A stretch of 64,000 nucleotides of DNA. Origin: a virus. The translations under genes were made by a program, and so were the position numbers. Under the pieces are notes generated by a model. The model saw only the letters and a program-made list of their open reading frames with translations, had not been told where the DNA came from and did no database searches. The DNA lies in the IMG/VR virus record IMGVR_UViG_3300027749_000044; one strand, written 5' to 3'. This document shows positions 39,292-49,673 of the stretch, piece after piece (the stretch's first letter is position 1; every line of letters starts with the position of its first letter).

Positions 39292-41418
39292 ATGGTCGGA
39301 CAAGTAAGCCCAGGAATTAATACTAGTGAAATTGATCTAACAACTATTGTTCCTTCGGTATCAACTACAGTAGGAGCAATTGCCGGTGTTTTCCGTTGGG
39401 GTCCAGCTAACCAAAGAGTATTGGTTGATTCTGAGGCAACATTGGTTAGAATTTTTGGTAAACCAAATTCCAATAATTACGAAACATTTTTTACAGCCGC
39501 TAATTTCCTTTCTTATGGAAATGCTTTGCAGGTAGTACGTACTGTTGAGAAATCAACAGGTAACGCATATAACGCTTTCGCGAACTCAACTGGAGCAGCG
39601 ACAGCAAATGTTGTGCAAATTGATAACGCCGATGCATTTAGCACAACTACAATTTCAAATACTGCAATTGATTTCGTCGCTAAGTACGAAGGTTCTTTGG
39701 GTAATTCAATCAAACTATCTATTTGTGATAGCGCGAACGTTTATAACTCAAACATTACAGTAACTGGCGGATCTCAAAATGCATTCGTATTTTCTGCAGG
39801 ATCAAACGTCGCTCAAATTCAAATCACAATGTCTTCTAATGCGGCCGCAGTTGGTAACGTAAATACTGTACTTGCTGGATTAAAAGTAGGTGATTGGGTT
39901 GTAATCGGCAACACAACCATTGGAACTCAATATGCTAAAGTGTCTGCTATTCCCGCAAACTTAACGACATCTACTGCAAACGGAGGTAACTTTACTGCAT
40001 TAGCCAACGTTTCTTTGGCTACTGTATACAATGGATCAACGACATATCAAGCAAACACAATCAGTCGTTATTGGGAATTCTATAACGCCGTAACGAAATC
40101 TCCTGGAACAACAAATTTCATGACCATTAATGGTTATGGTACTGTTCAAGACGAACTACACGCGGTTGTTGTAGATTATAATGGATTGTTTACTGGAAGC
40201 CCAGGACAAATTTTGGAAGTATTTTCAGGTATGTCGCGAGCAATTGATGCCAAAACTGACCAAGGTGGAACAAATTATTATAAAAACGTTTTAAATAACG
40301 GGTCAGCATATGTTTGGGTTGCCAATTATGAAACAAACAGAAATGCATCTACAGGTGGATATTCAAACACTGGCGCCGTTCTTTATACCAACGTAGGAAC
40401 ATATACGGCAAATGCCACTGCTTATAGCGTAGTTTTTGGTAACGGGTTCGATGGTGCGGCCGAAGGTAACTGTTCTTTGGCAACATTAACAAACGGATAC
40501 AATTTATTCCTTAATAAATCAGATGTTGACGTATCTTTGATCCTACAAGGCAAGGCTAGAGGAACAACCGTAGATAACGGAGTTACGCCTTCGTCTAATT
40601 CCGTTTTATATACTCAATTGGCTAATTACATTGTCAGCAATATCGCAGAAGTTAGAAAAGATTGCATCTTGTTCGTTTCCCCTTCATATTCTGATGTCGT
40701 TGCGACCGGATATACTTCTGTCACTGATCCAACAACAAATATCGTTGCATTCAGAAACAACATTTCTTTGAATAGTTCGTATGCTGTATTGGATTCAGGT
40801 TACAAATATCAGTATGACAAATATAATGACCTATATCGTTGGGTTCCATTGAACGGAGATGTCGCGGGCACATGTGTTGTCACTGACCTTCTTCGTGATC
40901 CATGGTTCTCTCCTGCTGGATTCACAAGAGGTAACATCAAAAACGTCGTTAAGCTTGCATACAATCCAAACCAAGCACAAAGAGATACATTGTATCTAAA
41001 AGATATTAACCCAGTAGTTTCATTCCCAGGACAAGGAACTGTACTTTACGGGGATAAGACACTTATTGGTCGACCTTCTGCATTTGATCGTATCAACGTT
41101 AGACGTTTGTTCATTGTACTTGAAAAGGCAATTTCTTTGGCAGCACAGTCAAGCCTATTCGAATTTAATGATTCGTTCACACAAACACAATTTAAAAATC
41201 TAATTGATCCATATCTACGAACTATTCAAGGTAGACGTGGTATTACAGATTACCGTGTTGTTTGTGACTCTTCAAATAACCCACCACAAATTGTTGACTC
41301 CAACCAATTCGTCGGAGACATTTATGTCAAACCAGCGCGTAGCATCAATTTCATTCAGTTGAATTTCGTTGCTGTCCGTACAGGGGTAGACTTTACAACA
41401 ATTGTCGGCCAATTTTAA
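39292..41418 (+). CDS. gp18: Tail sheath protein
   Basis: SPGINTSEIDLT, FRWGP, PWFSPAG, FDRINVRRLF, KPARSINFIQLNF. Confidence 0.97.
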   Translation: MVGQVSPGINTSEIDLTTIVPSVSTTVGAIAGVFRWGPANQRVLVDSEATLVRIFGKPNSNNYETFFTAANFLSYGNALQVVRTVEKSTGNAYNAFANSTGAATANVVQIDNADAFSTTTISNTAIDFVAKYEGSLGNSIKLSICDSANVYNSNITVTGGSQNAFVFSAGSNVAQIQITMSSNAAAVGNVNTVLAGLKVGDWVVIGNTTIGTQYAKVSAIPANLTTSTANGGNFTALANVSLATVYNGSTTYQANTISRYWEFYNAVTKSPGTTNFMTINGYGTVQDELHAVVVDYNGLFTGSPGQILEVFSGMSRAIDAKTDQGGTNYYKNVLNNGSAYVWVANYETNRNASTGGYSNTGAVLYTNVGTYTANATAYSVVFGNGFDGAAEGNCSLATLTNGYNLFLNKSDVDVSLILQGKARGTTVDNGVTPSSNSVLYTQLANYIVSNIAEVRKDCILFVSPSYSDVVATGYTSVTDPTTNIVAFRNNISLNSSYAVLDSGYKYQYDKYNDLYRWVPLNGDVAGTCVVTDLLRDPWFSPAGFTRGNIKNVVKLAYNPNQAQRDTLYLKDINPVVSFPGQGTVLYGDKTLIGRPSAFDRINVRRLFIVLEKAISLAAQSSLFEFNDSFTQTQFKNLIDPYLRTIQGRRGITDYRVVCDSSNNPPQIVDSNQFVGDIYVKPARSINFIQLNFVAVRTGVDFTTIVGQF

Positions 41419-41437
41419 TCCATAGGAGCATACAACA

Positions 41438-41998
41438 ATGGCTTTTTCCGTAAACGATATTCGAAGTGCTCTTAAATTTGGTGGCACCCGTAATACATTA
41501 TTCAGTGTACAATTGACGTCGCCTGCTTTTTTGGGTGGTTCACAAGCAGATCAAAAATTAACTTTTACTGCTCGCGCATCTGAAATTCCAGATGACACAA
41601 TTGGTACAATTCAAGTAGGATATTTTGGTCGTAAGATCAAATTAGCTGGAGACCGTGTGTTTCAACCATGGACAACAACAGTAATCAATGATGAAGATTT
41701 CTTGGTACGTAATAACCTAGAAGCTTGGATGTCTTCTATCAACGGACATCAGGGCAACCTTATGTCGCAAAATGCCACCAACGTAAACTATAAATCAACT
41801 GCTATTGTAACTCAATATGCAAAAAATGGTACTGCTATCAGAACTTATCAATTCAATGGTATTTTCCCCGCTTCCATTTCTGCCGTGCAACTTAATTGGG
41901 ATCAAACAGACACAATTGAAGAATTCCAAGTTCAATGGAATTACGATTTCTGGACTGTTGTCCCCGGCCAAACAGGTACCGGTGGTACTCTAACATAA
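41438..41998 (+). CDS. gp19: Tail tube protein
   Basis: GRKIKLAGDR.F..WT.TVINDEDF, IEEF.V. Confidence 0.95.
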   Translation: MAFSVNDIRSALKFGGTRNTLFSVQLTSPAFLGGSQADQKLTFTARASEIPDDTIGTIQVGYFGRKIKLAGDRVFQPWTTTVINDEDFLVRNNLEAWMSSINGHQGNLMSQNATNVNYKSTAIVTQYAKNGTAIRTYQFNGIFPASISAVQLNWDQTDTIEEFQVQWNYDFWTVVPGQTGTGGTLT

Positions 41999-42043
41999 TA
42001 GAGACTATCTACATACCTTATATAATAAAAGTAAGGAAATACT

Positions 42044-43792
42044 ATGGAGTTTTTTGGGTTTGAAATAAAGCGAAAAGAAGAAAAAGATTATACGCAGGAT
42101 ATTACGACATTTGCTCCTGTCGATAAAGATGACGGAGCAGTAACAGTATCAGCCGGCGGCGCCTGGGGAACATATTTGGACCTAGAAGGCGCCGCCAAAA
42201 CCGAAGCCGAATTAGTTACAAAATATAGAGAGATGGCTTTACAACCAGAATGTGAAAGTGCCATCGATGAAGTTATAAATGAAGCTATCGCAAAAGAAGA
42301 CAATCAATCCATTGTATCTCTTAACACAGATGAATTAGATGGTATTGTCCCTGATAGTGTCAAAAAAACAATGCATGATGAATGGAATAAAGTCCAAGAA
42401 ATGTTGAATTTCAACAATTTTGGATATGAAATGTTCCGCCGTTGGTATGTCGATGGCCGTTTATATTATCATATGATGATTGATACGAATAATCCGCATG
42501 ATGGCATTCAAGAATTTAGATATATTGATCCCAGAAAAATACGTAAAGTTAGATCGACCCACAAAGAAAAACGGGGCACAGCCACTGTATTAATTACAGA
42601 TGAAGAATTCTTTATTTACAACGAAAAAGGATTTAAAAATACTAGTGGCGTAAGTACAGGCGATAACCAAGGTCTAAAAATTTCAACCGACTCTATTATT
42701 CATGTGACATCTGGACTGTTAGACAAAGAAGGAAAATTAGTACTTTCTTATTTGCACAAGGCAGTTAAACCTTTGAACCAAGTTCGTATGCTAGAAGACG
42801 CAACTGTAATTTACCGTATTTCTAGGGCCCCAGAAAGACGAGTGTTTTATATCGACGTAGGAAATCTTCCAAAAATGAAAGCGGAAGAATACGTCAAAGA
42901 TATGATGACACGACATAAAAATAGATTGGTATATGACGCGGCCTCAGGAGAAGTCCGAGACGACCGTAAATTCATGACCATGTTAGAAGATTATTGGCTT
43001 CCTCGCCGTGATGGCGGGAAAGGAACCGAAGTTTCTACTTTGCCTGCCGGCCAAAATTTAGGCCAAATGGAAGATGTATATTATTTTGAAAAGAAATTAT
43101 ATAAAGCACTAAATGTTCCTCCTGGAAGAATAAATGGCGGAGAAGATAGTGGCGGGTTTAATATGGGTAGGTCTTCGGAAATTTCAAGAGATGAATTGAA
43201 ATTCCAAAAATTTATCAATAGACTAAGAACAAAATTTTCTGATTTTCTATTACAAGCATTAATGAAGCAACTTGTGTTGAAAGGAATTTTCAACAGCGAA
43301 GAATGGGATAGCATTTCAAGTAAAATTTTCTTTGAATTTTCTAAAGATAATTATTTTGCTGAACTCAAAGATGCCGAAATTCTCACACAACGGCTCAATA
43401 CTTTGCAATTGATCGATCCATATGTCGGTCGTTATTATTCTATGCGTTGGGTTAGAAAGAATGTGTTGAAACAAACTGATGAAGATATAGAAGAAATTGA
43501 TTTCGATAATGAAGAGGCCGCGGCTGAAAATGCAGAAAAAGGATTAGATCCAGCGGGCAATCCTTTGATGGATCCAATGGGAGGCGATGGTGCCGGTGGT
43601 CCTCTAGGCGGCGGATCTGACACTGGTGGTGGAGATTCATCCCCTTCTCCAAGTTCTAAACCACCACAAAAAAAAAGTAAACCCAAAGTAAAGAAAGAAG
43701 AACCAAAATCAACGAAGGCTATTGGTTCTTATAAATATATTACAGTTCAAGGAAAAACAAAACCTTACTATAGAAAAATTTCAAAGAGATAA
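42044..43792 (+). CDS. gp20: Portal protein
   Basis: WYVDGR, IYRISRAPERRVFYIDVGNLPK, EDYWLPRRDGGKGTE. Confidence 0.97.
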   Translation: MEFFGFEIKRKEEKDYTQDITTFAPVDKDDGAVTVSAGGAWGTYLDLEGAAKTEAELVTKYREMALQPECESAIDEVINEAIAKEDNQSIVSLNTDELDGIVPDSVKKTMHDEWNKVQEMLNFNNFGYEMFRRWYVDGRLYYHMMIDTNNPHDGIQEFRYIDPRKIRKVRSTHKEKRGTATVLITDEEFFIYNEKGFKNTSGVSTGDNQGLKISTDSIIHVTSGLLDKEGKLVLSYLHKAVKPLNQVRMLEDATVIYRISRAPERRVFYIDVGNLPKMKAEEYVKDMMTRHKNRLVYDAASGEVRDDRKFMTMLEDYWLPRRDGGKGTEVSTLPAGQNLGQMEDVYYFEKKLYKALNVPPGRINGGEDSGGFNMGRSSEISRDELKFQKFINRLRTKFSDFLLQALMKQLVLKGIFNSEEWDSISSKIFFEFSKDNYFAELKDAEILTQRLNTLQLIDPYVGRYYSMRWVRKNVLKQTDEDIEEIDFDNEEAAAENAEKGLDPAGNPLMDPMGGDGAGGPLGGGSDTGGGDSSPSPSSKPPQKKSKPKVKKEEPKSTKAIGSYKYITVQGKTKPYYRKISKR

Positions 43793-43816
43793 TAGTAAGA
43801 AAATAAGGATTTAAAT

Positions 43817-43999
43817 ATGACATATTCTGTAGATGATATTGTAGGATTCGCGGTAACTAAAGATCATATGGGTCTAAAATCTGCAATTGATGATGTTCTA
43901 TCACAAAAAGCGGCCGATGCTTTAGATTACGAAAAGCAATTGGTTGGTCAATCATTTGGCTCAAACGATACCGAGGAACAATATGACGAAGAATATTAA
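43817..43999 (+). CDS. Prohead core protein gp67-like
   Basis: Small acidic ORF directly after the portal gene. Confidence 0.6.
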   Translation: MTYSVDDIVGFAVTKDHMGLKSAIDDVLSQKAADALDYEKQLVGQSFGSNDTEEQYDEEY

Positions 44000-45782
44000 T
44001 TTACACGAAATCGAAGATACAGAATACAAATATTATGAGCCTAAACCGAAGGACGAAAAAGAATTCGTCGCTTCTCATAAACCAACGCGCCGGGACGTTC
44101 CTAACGAAGATGGCAAAGATGTATTCCGTCATATCAAAGCAATAAAAAAAGATAAAACACGGCCGGCCGATCCTGAAGGCTTCGATAAAGTAAATCGCGG
44201 CGGAAATTTAGGCAAAGAAGTTCGTGCAATGGAACTTCCTGAATCTGATTGCAAATGTAAGCTTGATAGAATCAGAAATAAAGCCAAGAAAATTTATGAA
44301 GGAACAGATGACGCTGCTCCTCCTCAACCTGTGGCATCTGATAATCCTCAGACGGGAAATATGCAAGCCGAACCAGATCCAAAACCTTCATCTGCCGATC
44401 CAATGGGCCCAATTCGTATACAATTGAAAAATATTGCATTAGCCGCGGCTGATATTTACGATGGTGTTTCCGAAGATACTACCATGGAACCATGGATGAC
44501 ACAGACTATTTCGAAAGCCGAAGGTGAATTTAGTAAAATCATTGAACAATTCAGAAAAAAATCCGGCGCCGAAAATCAAGTTTCTGAGACATATGAACAA
44601 AAAAAGGATAATAATCCTCAACATGTTAAACCATCAGTAAATCCTGAAGTTGCGAAAACACCAATCAAACCAAAACGTCCTTTCGGATCAGATAAGATTT
44701 CTCCTACTAAACCTGTAGAATATACAATGGCAAAAGAAGCATTTGATCCTCCAAATCCTAAATTGGTTGGAGATCACAAAGGCAATCCAACGTATGTTTA
44801 TCCCATCAAGAAAGTTACTGCTAAGCCTAAAAGGATTACAGATTTTCCTTTAGTTTCACCTAATCTTTCTCCTACGAATGAAGACATGTCTATTTCAGGA
44901 AACGAAGGTTCTTCAACTCATGAAGAATTATCTAACTTGTCATCTTCGCCAAATGGCAGAGTAAAAATTCAAGGTAAAGCATTTCCTATTAAACCAGGAG
45001 CAAGATCCGATACAAGAAGAGAAACTAGATATTTGCCAAATGTTACACCAAAGTCAATCAAAATTTTGGCTTCACCTGTTTATGAACAAGAAGTAATATT
45101 TGAATCTTCTTCATATAAAAAATTGTCAAAATTGCATGATGCATTAATCAAAGCTGGTTATAAACATTTGCACACAAAACATTCGAATCCTGAAGAAACT
45201 GAATATTCCACAGGAAGATCAGAATATCATAAAATTTTCCCAGGCGGCACAGATCAAATTGTTGTACAGCATTCTCCTGGTGATGCCGGTTCCGACCCGG
45301 GTCTTCATAGGATCATCAGAACAAAAACCACCGGACAAAAGCCAGAAGATTTTTCTTTGTCGGAATCAATTCATATTAACGAGGTACTAACAATGTCAGA
45401 CGATCAAATGTCACGCTATGCTAATTATATTGCATTGCATGAATCAAGAAGAAAAGGTTTAACTGAATCCGCTAGACGTGATGCCATGAAAGCTATGGGT
45501 CCTGCCGCCAAAGAAGTTGAACATGAGCCAGAAGATGAAAATCTTGAGCATGACGAAGAAGGTAACGCGAAAGGCGGGTCCGGACGTTATGTAGATGATT
45601 TACGTAAAGTTCCAAACACTGGCGGCATGGTCAAACACGGCGACGGAAAAATGCATCATGTTTCTAGAGTGGAAGCAAAGCGACGAGTTGCTGATATTCT
45701 GTCAAAGACAGTTGCTCATGGCGCCAGAGAAGCATTGCAAAATCAACATTTCAACAATCCACCAGCGCCACCAAAGGATTAA
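43983..45782 (+). CDS. Expanded prohead core/internal head protein (gp68 position)
   Basis: Between the gp67-like gene and gp21; many (L/I/V)-x-E putative gp21 cleavage sites; GAGGA RBS before ATG 43983. Confidence 0.6.
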   Translation: MTKNINLHEIEDTEYKYYEPKPKDEKEFVASHKPTRRDVPNEDGKDVFRHIKAIKKDKTRPADPEGFDKVNRGGNLGKEVRAMELPESDCKCKLDRIRNKAKKIYEGTDDAAPPQPVASDNPQTGNMQAEPDPKPSSADPMGPIRIQLKNIALAAADIYDGVSEDTTMEPWMTQTISKAEGEFSKIIEQFRKKSGAENQVSETYEQKKDNNPQHVKPSVNPEVAKTPIKPKRPFGSDKISPTKPVEYTMAKEAFDPPNPKLVGDHKGNPTYVYPIKKVTAKPKRITDFPLVSPNLSPTNEDMSISGNEGSSTHEELSNLSSSPNGRVKIQGKAFPIKPGARSDTRRETRYLPNVTPKSIKILASPVYEQEVIFESSSYKKLSKLHDALIKAGYKHLHTKHSNPEETEYSTGRSEYHKIFPGGTDQIVVQHSPGDAGSDPGLHRIIRTKTTGQKPEDFSLSESIHINEVLTMSDDQMSRYANYIALHESRRKGLTESARRDAMKAMGPAAKEVEHEPEDENLEHDEEGNAKGGSGRYVDDLRKVPNTGGMVKHGDGKMHHVSRVEAKRRVADILSKTVAHGAREALQNQHFNNPPAPPKD

Positions 45783-45786
45783 TAAG

Positions 45787-46455
45787 ATGAAACTTATCGT
45801 CGAAACCGTCGAAGAGATCCAAGTTATAACAGAAGCTCGCGAAGATGGCAAGAAGAATTATTTCATTGAAGGCGTATTTCTTGTATCCGAAAAAGGCAAT
45901 AGAAATGGACGTTATTACCCAGAAAGTGTAATGGACCAAGAAGTTGCAAGATATACAAAAGAAGCAATCCAAGCTAACCGTGCTTATGGTGAATTAGGAC
46001 ATCCTTCGGGTCCAGCAATTAATCTTGATCGTGTATCTCATATGATTAAAGAATTACGCAAAGACGGAACCAATTATATTGGTCGTGCTTTGGTTACTGA
46101 AACTCCTATGGGTAAAATTGTACAAAATCTTATCGATGCTGGCGCCAATTTGGGTGTTTCTTCCCGTGGGCTAGGAACACTACAAAAAGGCAGAGATGGT
46201 TTGATGGAAGTAAAAAGTGATTTTAGATTAGCAACCGCCGCAGACATTGTTGCTGATCCTTCTGCTCCTGGAGCATATGTACGTGGAATTATGGAAGATA
46301 CCGATTGGTGGTATGATTTGGCTTCTCAATCCTGGAAAGCATCCAGACAAATTGAAGAAGACGTAAAAACAATCAATAAAGTTTCAAGCAAAGTATTATC
46401 AGAGCAAAAGGTTGCTATGTTTACTCGATTTGTAAACTCTTTGGTTCAAAAGTAA
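45787..46455 (+). CDS. gp21: Prohead protease
   Basis: NRNGRYYP, GELGHP, LGVSSRGLG, DIVADPSAP. Confidence 0.96.
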   Translation: MKLIVETVEEIQVITEAREDGKKNYFIEGVFLVSEKGNRNGRYYPESVMDQEVARYTKEAIQANRAYGELGHPSGPAINLDRVSHMIKELRKDGTNYIGRALVTETPMGKIVQNLIDAGANLGVSSRGLGTLQKGRDGLMEVKSDFRLATAADIVADPSAPGAYVRGIMEDTDWWYDLASQSWKASRQIEEDVKTINKVSSKVLSEQKVAMFTRFVNSLVQK

Positions 46456-46503
46456 AAAAACATAAATAATAAGAAATTTTTATCCGACAGGAGTTTAAAG
46501 AAT

Positions 46504-47625
46504 ATGAGCAAGAAAGACATTCACGAATTTGCATCAGTTGACCAACAGTCGCATGTTCCTGACCCAATTACAACCGCCGGGCATAATCGACCAGCCGACA
46601 AATTTGATCGCGCCAATGGCGGAGAAACATACTCGGATACAACCAAGGCAGAATCTATGGCCAAGTTGATGGCCATGGCAGGACAACTCGGCAAAGAAGA
46701 GTTGAATGATATTTTCACTCAAGTAGCCGCGGCTCTTGGTGGATCATCTGCGCGTTCGGCCGACAAAGCCACTGGAGAAATTGGAATTCTTGCAATTTCA
46801 CCTTCGGCTGCTCCTACGAACGGTAACGTATATAAACCAGCCGGCGCTGTCCACAGCGTTCCAGGTGGTAAGGGTGAGATTGGTCAAGTACGTTTATCAC
46901 CTACTGCCGTAATGGCAGAAGATATGGACGAACTATTCGCTGGCGACGATCTCTCAGAAGAATTTAAAACAAAAGCTACTGTAATTTTCGAAGCTGCAAT
47001 CAATGCCCAATTGGCTGTTGAAATTGCTAGATTAGAAGAAGAAGCAGAAGCTATTTTGGAAGAAGAAGTAGAAAATATTCGTGAAGAATTAGTTACAAAT
47101 GTTGACAAGTATCTTAGCTATGCAGTAGAAGAATGGGTAAAAGAAAATAAACTTGCCATTCGTCATACTCTAAAGTCAGAAATTGCAGAAGATTTCATCC
47201 TAGGATTAAAATCTTTGTTTGAAAATAATTATATCGATCTTCCAGAAACCGAAGTTGATGTAGTTGCTGAATTGGAATCAGAAATTGATGCTCTAAAAGA
47301 AGAGTTGTCAAATAAAATTGAAGATATCATCGAACTTAACGAACAACTTTCTGCTTATGACGCTTCAGAAGTACTTTCTGAAATGACTCATGGCTTAACT
47401 TATAACCAAGCCGAAAAACTTAAAGTTTTGGCTGAAAACATTAGCTATGATTCTGCCGATGAATTTCGGTCAAAAGTAGGAATTCTACGTGAATCTTACT
47501 TTGGTAACAAAACCGCAAATCTAATCGTTGAGCCTTTAAATGAAGAGTTTGAACAAGAAACTCCAACAGCTACTGGCGTAATGGCAGACTACGTTGCTGC
47601 AATTTCTAGAACAGTCAAAAAGTAA
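46504..47625 (+). CDS. gp22: Prohead scaffold protein
   Basis: LSEEFKTKATVIFEAA, VDKYLSY, acidic coiled coil. Confidence 0.92.
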   Translation: MSKKDIHEFASVDQQSHVPDPITTAGHNRPADKFDRANGGETYSDTTKAESMAKLMAMAGQLGKEELNDIFTQVAAALGGSSARSADKATGEIGILAISPSAAPTNGNVYKPAGAVHSVPGGKGEIGQVRLSPTAVMAEDMDELFAGDDLSEEFKTKATVIFEAAINAQLAVEIARLEEEAEAILEEEVENIREELVTNVDKYLSYAVEEWVKENKLAIRHTLKSEIAEDFILGLKSLFENNYIDLPETEVDVVAELESEIDALKEELSNKIEDIIELNEQLSAYDASEVLSEMTHGLTYNQAEKLKVLAENISYDSADEFRSKVGILRESYFGNKTANLIVEPLNEEFEQETPTATGVMADYVAAISRTVKK

Positions 47626-47661
47626 TAATTTATAAATAAGATACCAACAAGGAGAACAAAA

Positions 47662-49011
47662 ATGTTTCTAAACGAAGAAATTCAAAATAAGTGGGATAAG
47701 GTCCTTAACCACTCAGAACTACCATCAATTGGTGACGTACATCGCCGATCGGTTACAGCACAATTGCTAGAAAACACCGAAAGAGCTATGCGCGAATCCG
47801 GTGGTTGGGCTCCACAGTCTCTAATGGAAGTCTCTGGATCTGCTCCTACCTCTCTAACAGGTGGTTCAGCTAACTATGACCCAGTATTGATTTCACTCGT
47901 TCGTAGAGCTATGCCTAACCTCATTGCTTATGATATCTGCGGCGTTCAGCCAATGACAGGACCAACTGGTCTTATCTTTGCCCTACAACCACAGTATAAC
48001 ATCCAGAGCGATCCAACTACCGGTTCTGGTAACAACGCATTCTACTACGAATCCAACACAGGATCTTCTACCTATGGTCTAACCGCCAACGGTGCTGGTG
48101 CTCCTCTTGGTCAAGCTGGTAACAACTTCTCTGTTAACTCTTCAATCGTTATTTCTTCAAACACCCAGCAGTATAACTTCTCTGGTGGTACTACTACCGC
48201 TCAGGCTGAAACTTTGGGTGCAACTGGTAACGTTGATTTCCGTCAAATGGCCTTCAGCATTTCGAAGGTCCAAGTAACTGCCCAGAGCCGTGCTCTTAAG
48301 GCAGAATACTCAATCGAACTCGCTCAAGACCTCAAGGCCATCCATGGTCTAGACGCAGAAACAGAATTGTCAACAATTCTTTCTTCTGAAATCTTGGCCG
48401 AAATCAATCGCGAAATCATTCGTACAATCCAAATTACTGCCGTTCAAGGTGCTGTTAACACAACAACCGCAGGCACATTCGACCTCGACATCGATTCAAA
48501 CGGCCGTTGGTCAGTTGAGAAGTTCAAGGGCCTTATGTTCCAAGTTGAGCGTGAAGCAAACGCTATCGCCAAGCTAACCAGACGCGGTAAGGGTAACATT
48601 GTTATCTGTTCTTCAGACGTTGCGTCTGCTCTACAGATGGCCGGTGTTCTTGATTACGCTCCTGCTCTAAACAGCAATAATCTAGAAGTTGACGATACAG
48701 GCAATACTTTCGCTGGCGTCCTTAACGGCCGTATCCGCGTTTATATTGACCCATATGCAAACGGTCATTATATGGTTGTTGGTTACAAGGGTTCATCTGC
48801 ATTCGATGCTGGTCTCTTCTATTGCCCATACGTTCCACTACAAATGGTCCGTGCAGTCGGTCAAGACACTTTCCAGCCAAAGATTGGATTCAAGACACGT
48901 TACGGCGTCGTCGCCAACCCATTCTCACCTGGTGCCCAGTTGTCAAACGGCCAGCTAGTTGCTGCAACCAATCAGTACTATCGTTCAGTATTGGTGAATA
49001 ATATTCTCTGA
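47662..49011 (+). CDS. gp23: Major capsid protein
   Basis: LVRRAMPNLIAYDICGVQPMTGPTGLIFA, ELAQDLKAIHGLDAE, FQPKIGFKTRYG. Confidence 0.98.
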   Translation: MFLNEEIQNKWDKVLNHSELPSIGDVHRRSVTAQLLENTERAMRESGGWAPQSLMEVSGSAPTSLTGGSANYDPVLISLVRRAMPNLIAYDICGVQPMTGPTGLIFALQPQYNIQSDPTTGSGNNAFYYESNTGSSTYGLTANGAGAPLGQAGNNFSVNSSIVISSNTQQYNFSGGTTTAQAETLGATGNVDFRQMAFSISKVQVTAQSRALKAEYSIELAQDLKAIHGLDAETELSTILSSEILAEINREIIRTIQITAVQGAVNTTTAGTFDLDIDSNGRWSVEKFKGLMFQVEREANAIAKLTRRGKGNIVICSSDVASALQMAGVLDYAPALNSNNLEVDDTGNTFAGVLNGRIRVYIDPYANGHYMVVGYKGSSAFDAGLFYCPYVPLQMVRAVGQDTFQPKIGFKTRYGVVANPFSPGAQLSNGQLVAATNQYYRSVLVNNIL

Positions 49012-49038
49012 AATAGACACTTTATTATTAGATACACT

Positions 49039-49071
49039 AAATACTCCCGTAGCAATGCGGGAGTATTTTTT
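49039..49071 (+). terminator. gp23 terminator that also sequesters the endonuclease RBS
   Basis: 13-bp stem with GCAA loop and T-run; the 3' arm contains GGGAG just upstream of ATG 49072. Confidence 0.8.
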
Positions 49072-49647
49072 ATGTCTAAAGAAAAAACATCAGGGTTTGT
49101 GTATATTTGGTTTGACCGTAAACACAAGCGTTATTATATTGGTTCTCATTGGGGTGACCAAAATGACGGTTATATTTGCTCATCGGATTGGATGAAAAAG
49201 GCCTATAAACGAAGGCCGGATGATTTCAAACGTCGTATATTAAAAATTGTAATAACCAATCGACAAGATTTGTTGAATGAAGAAAATAGATGGCTATCTA
49301 TGATAAAAAAAGAAGAACTTAAAATCAGATATTATAATCACCATAATACTGAATTTGGCCATTGGTCAACAGATGAAAAACGTCGTGCTGAAATAGGCCA
49401 AAAAATATCAAAAACCAATAAAGGAATGAAGATTGAATTTTCAGATCCTGTGGGGCGCGGACAGAAGATAGCTGAAGGTAAACGTAAAGCATTCGAAAAA
49501 CGTAAAAAAGAAACGGGTGAATGTTTTAGTGAAGAACATCGTGAAAAATTGGCAGCCAAGAAACGAGGCACAACTAGATCACCAGAAGCAAAAGCCAAAT
49601 TATCTGAAACATTGAAGAATAAATATGCTTCTGGTTGGAGAGCCTAA
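49072..49647 (+). mobile_element. Free-standing GIY-YIG (Seg-like) homing endonuclease
   Basis: GFVYIW..YYIGSHWG..DGYICSS..DFKRRI, YYN, NUMOD3-like SEEHREKL; paralog of 21617..22198. Confidence 0.85.
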
Positions 49648-49673
49648 ATACCTAAAAGTGACAGAGGTTATAC

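Noticed and set aside
45595-45786. N-terminal extension of gp21 given by the ORF track (likewise the 33431, 39277, 43944, 52071, 59341 and 61119 starts)
   Set aside because: Most overlap upstream genes; downstream ATGs with an RBS or family-typical N-termini fit better.
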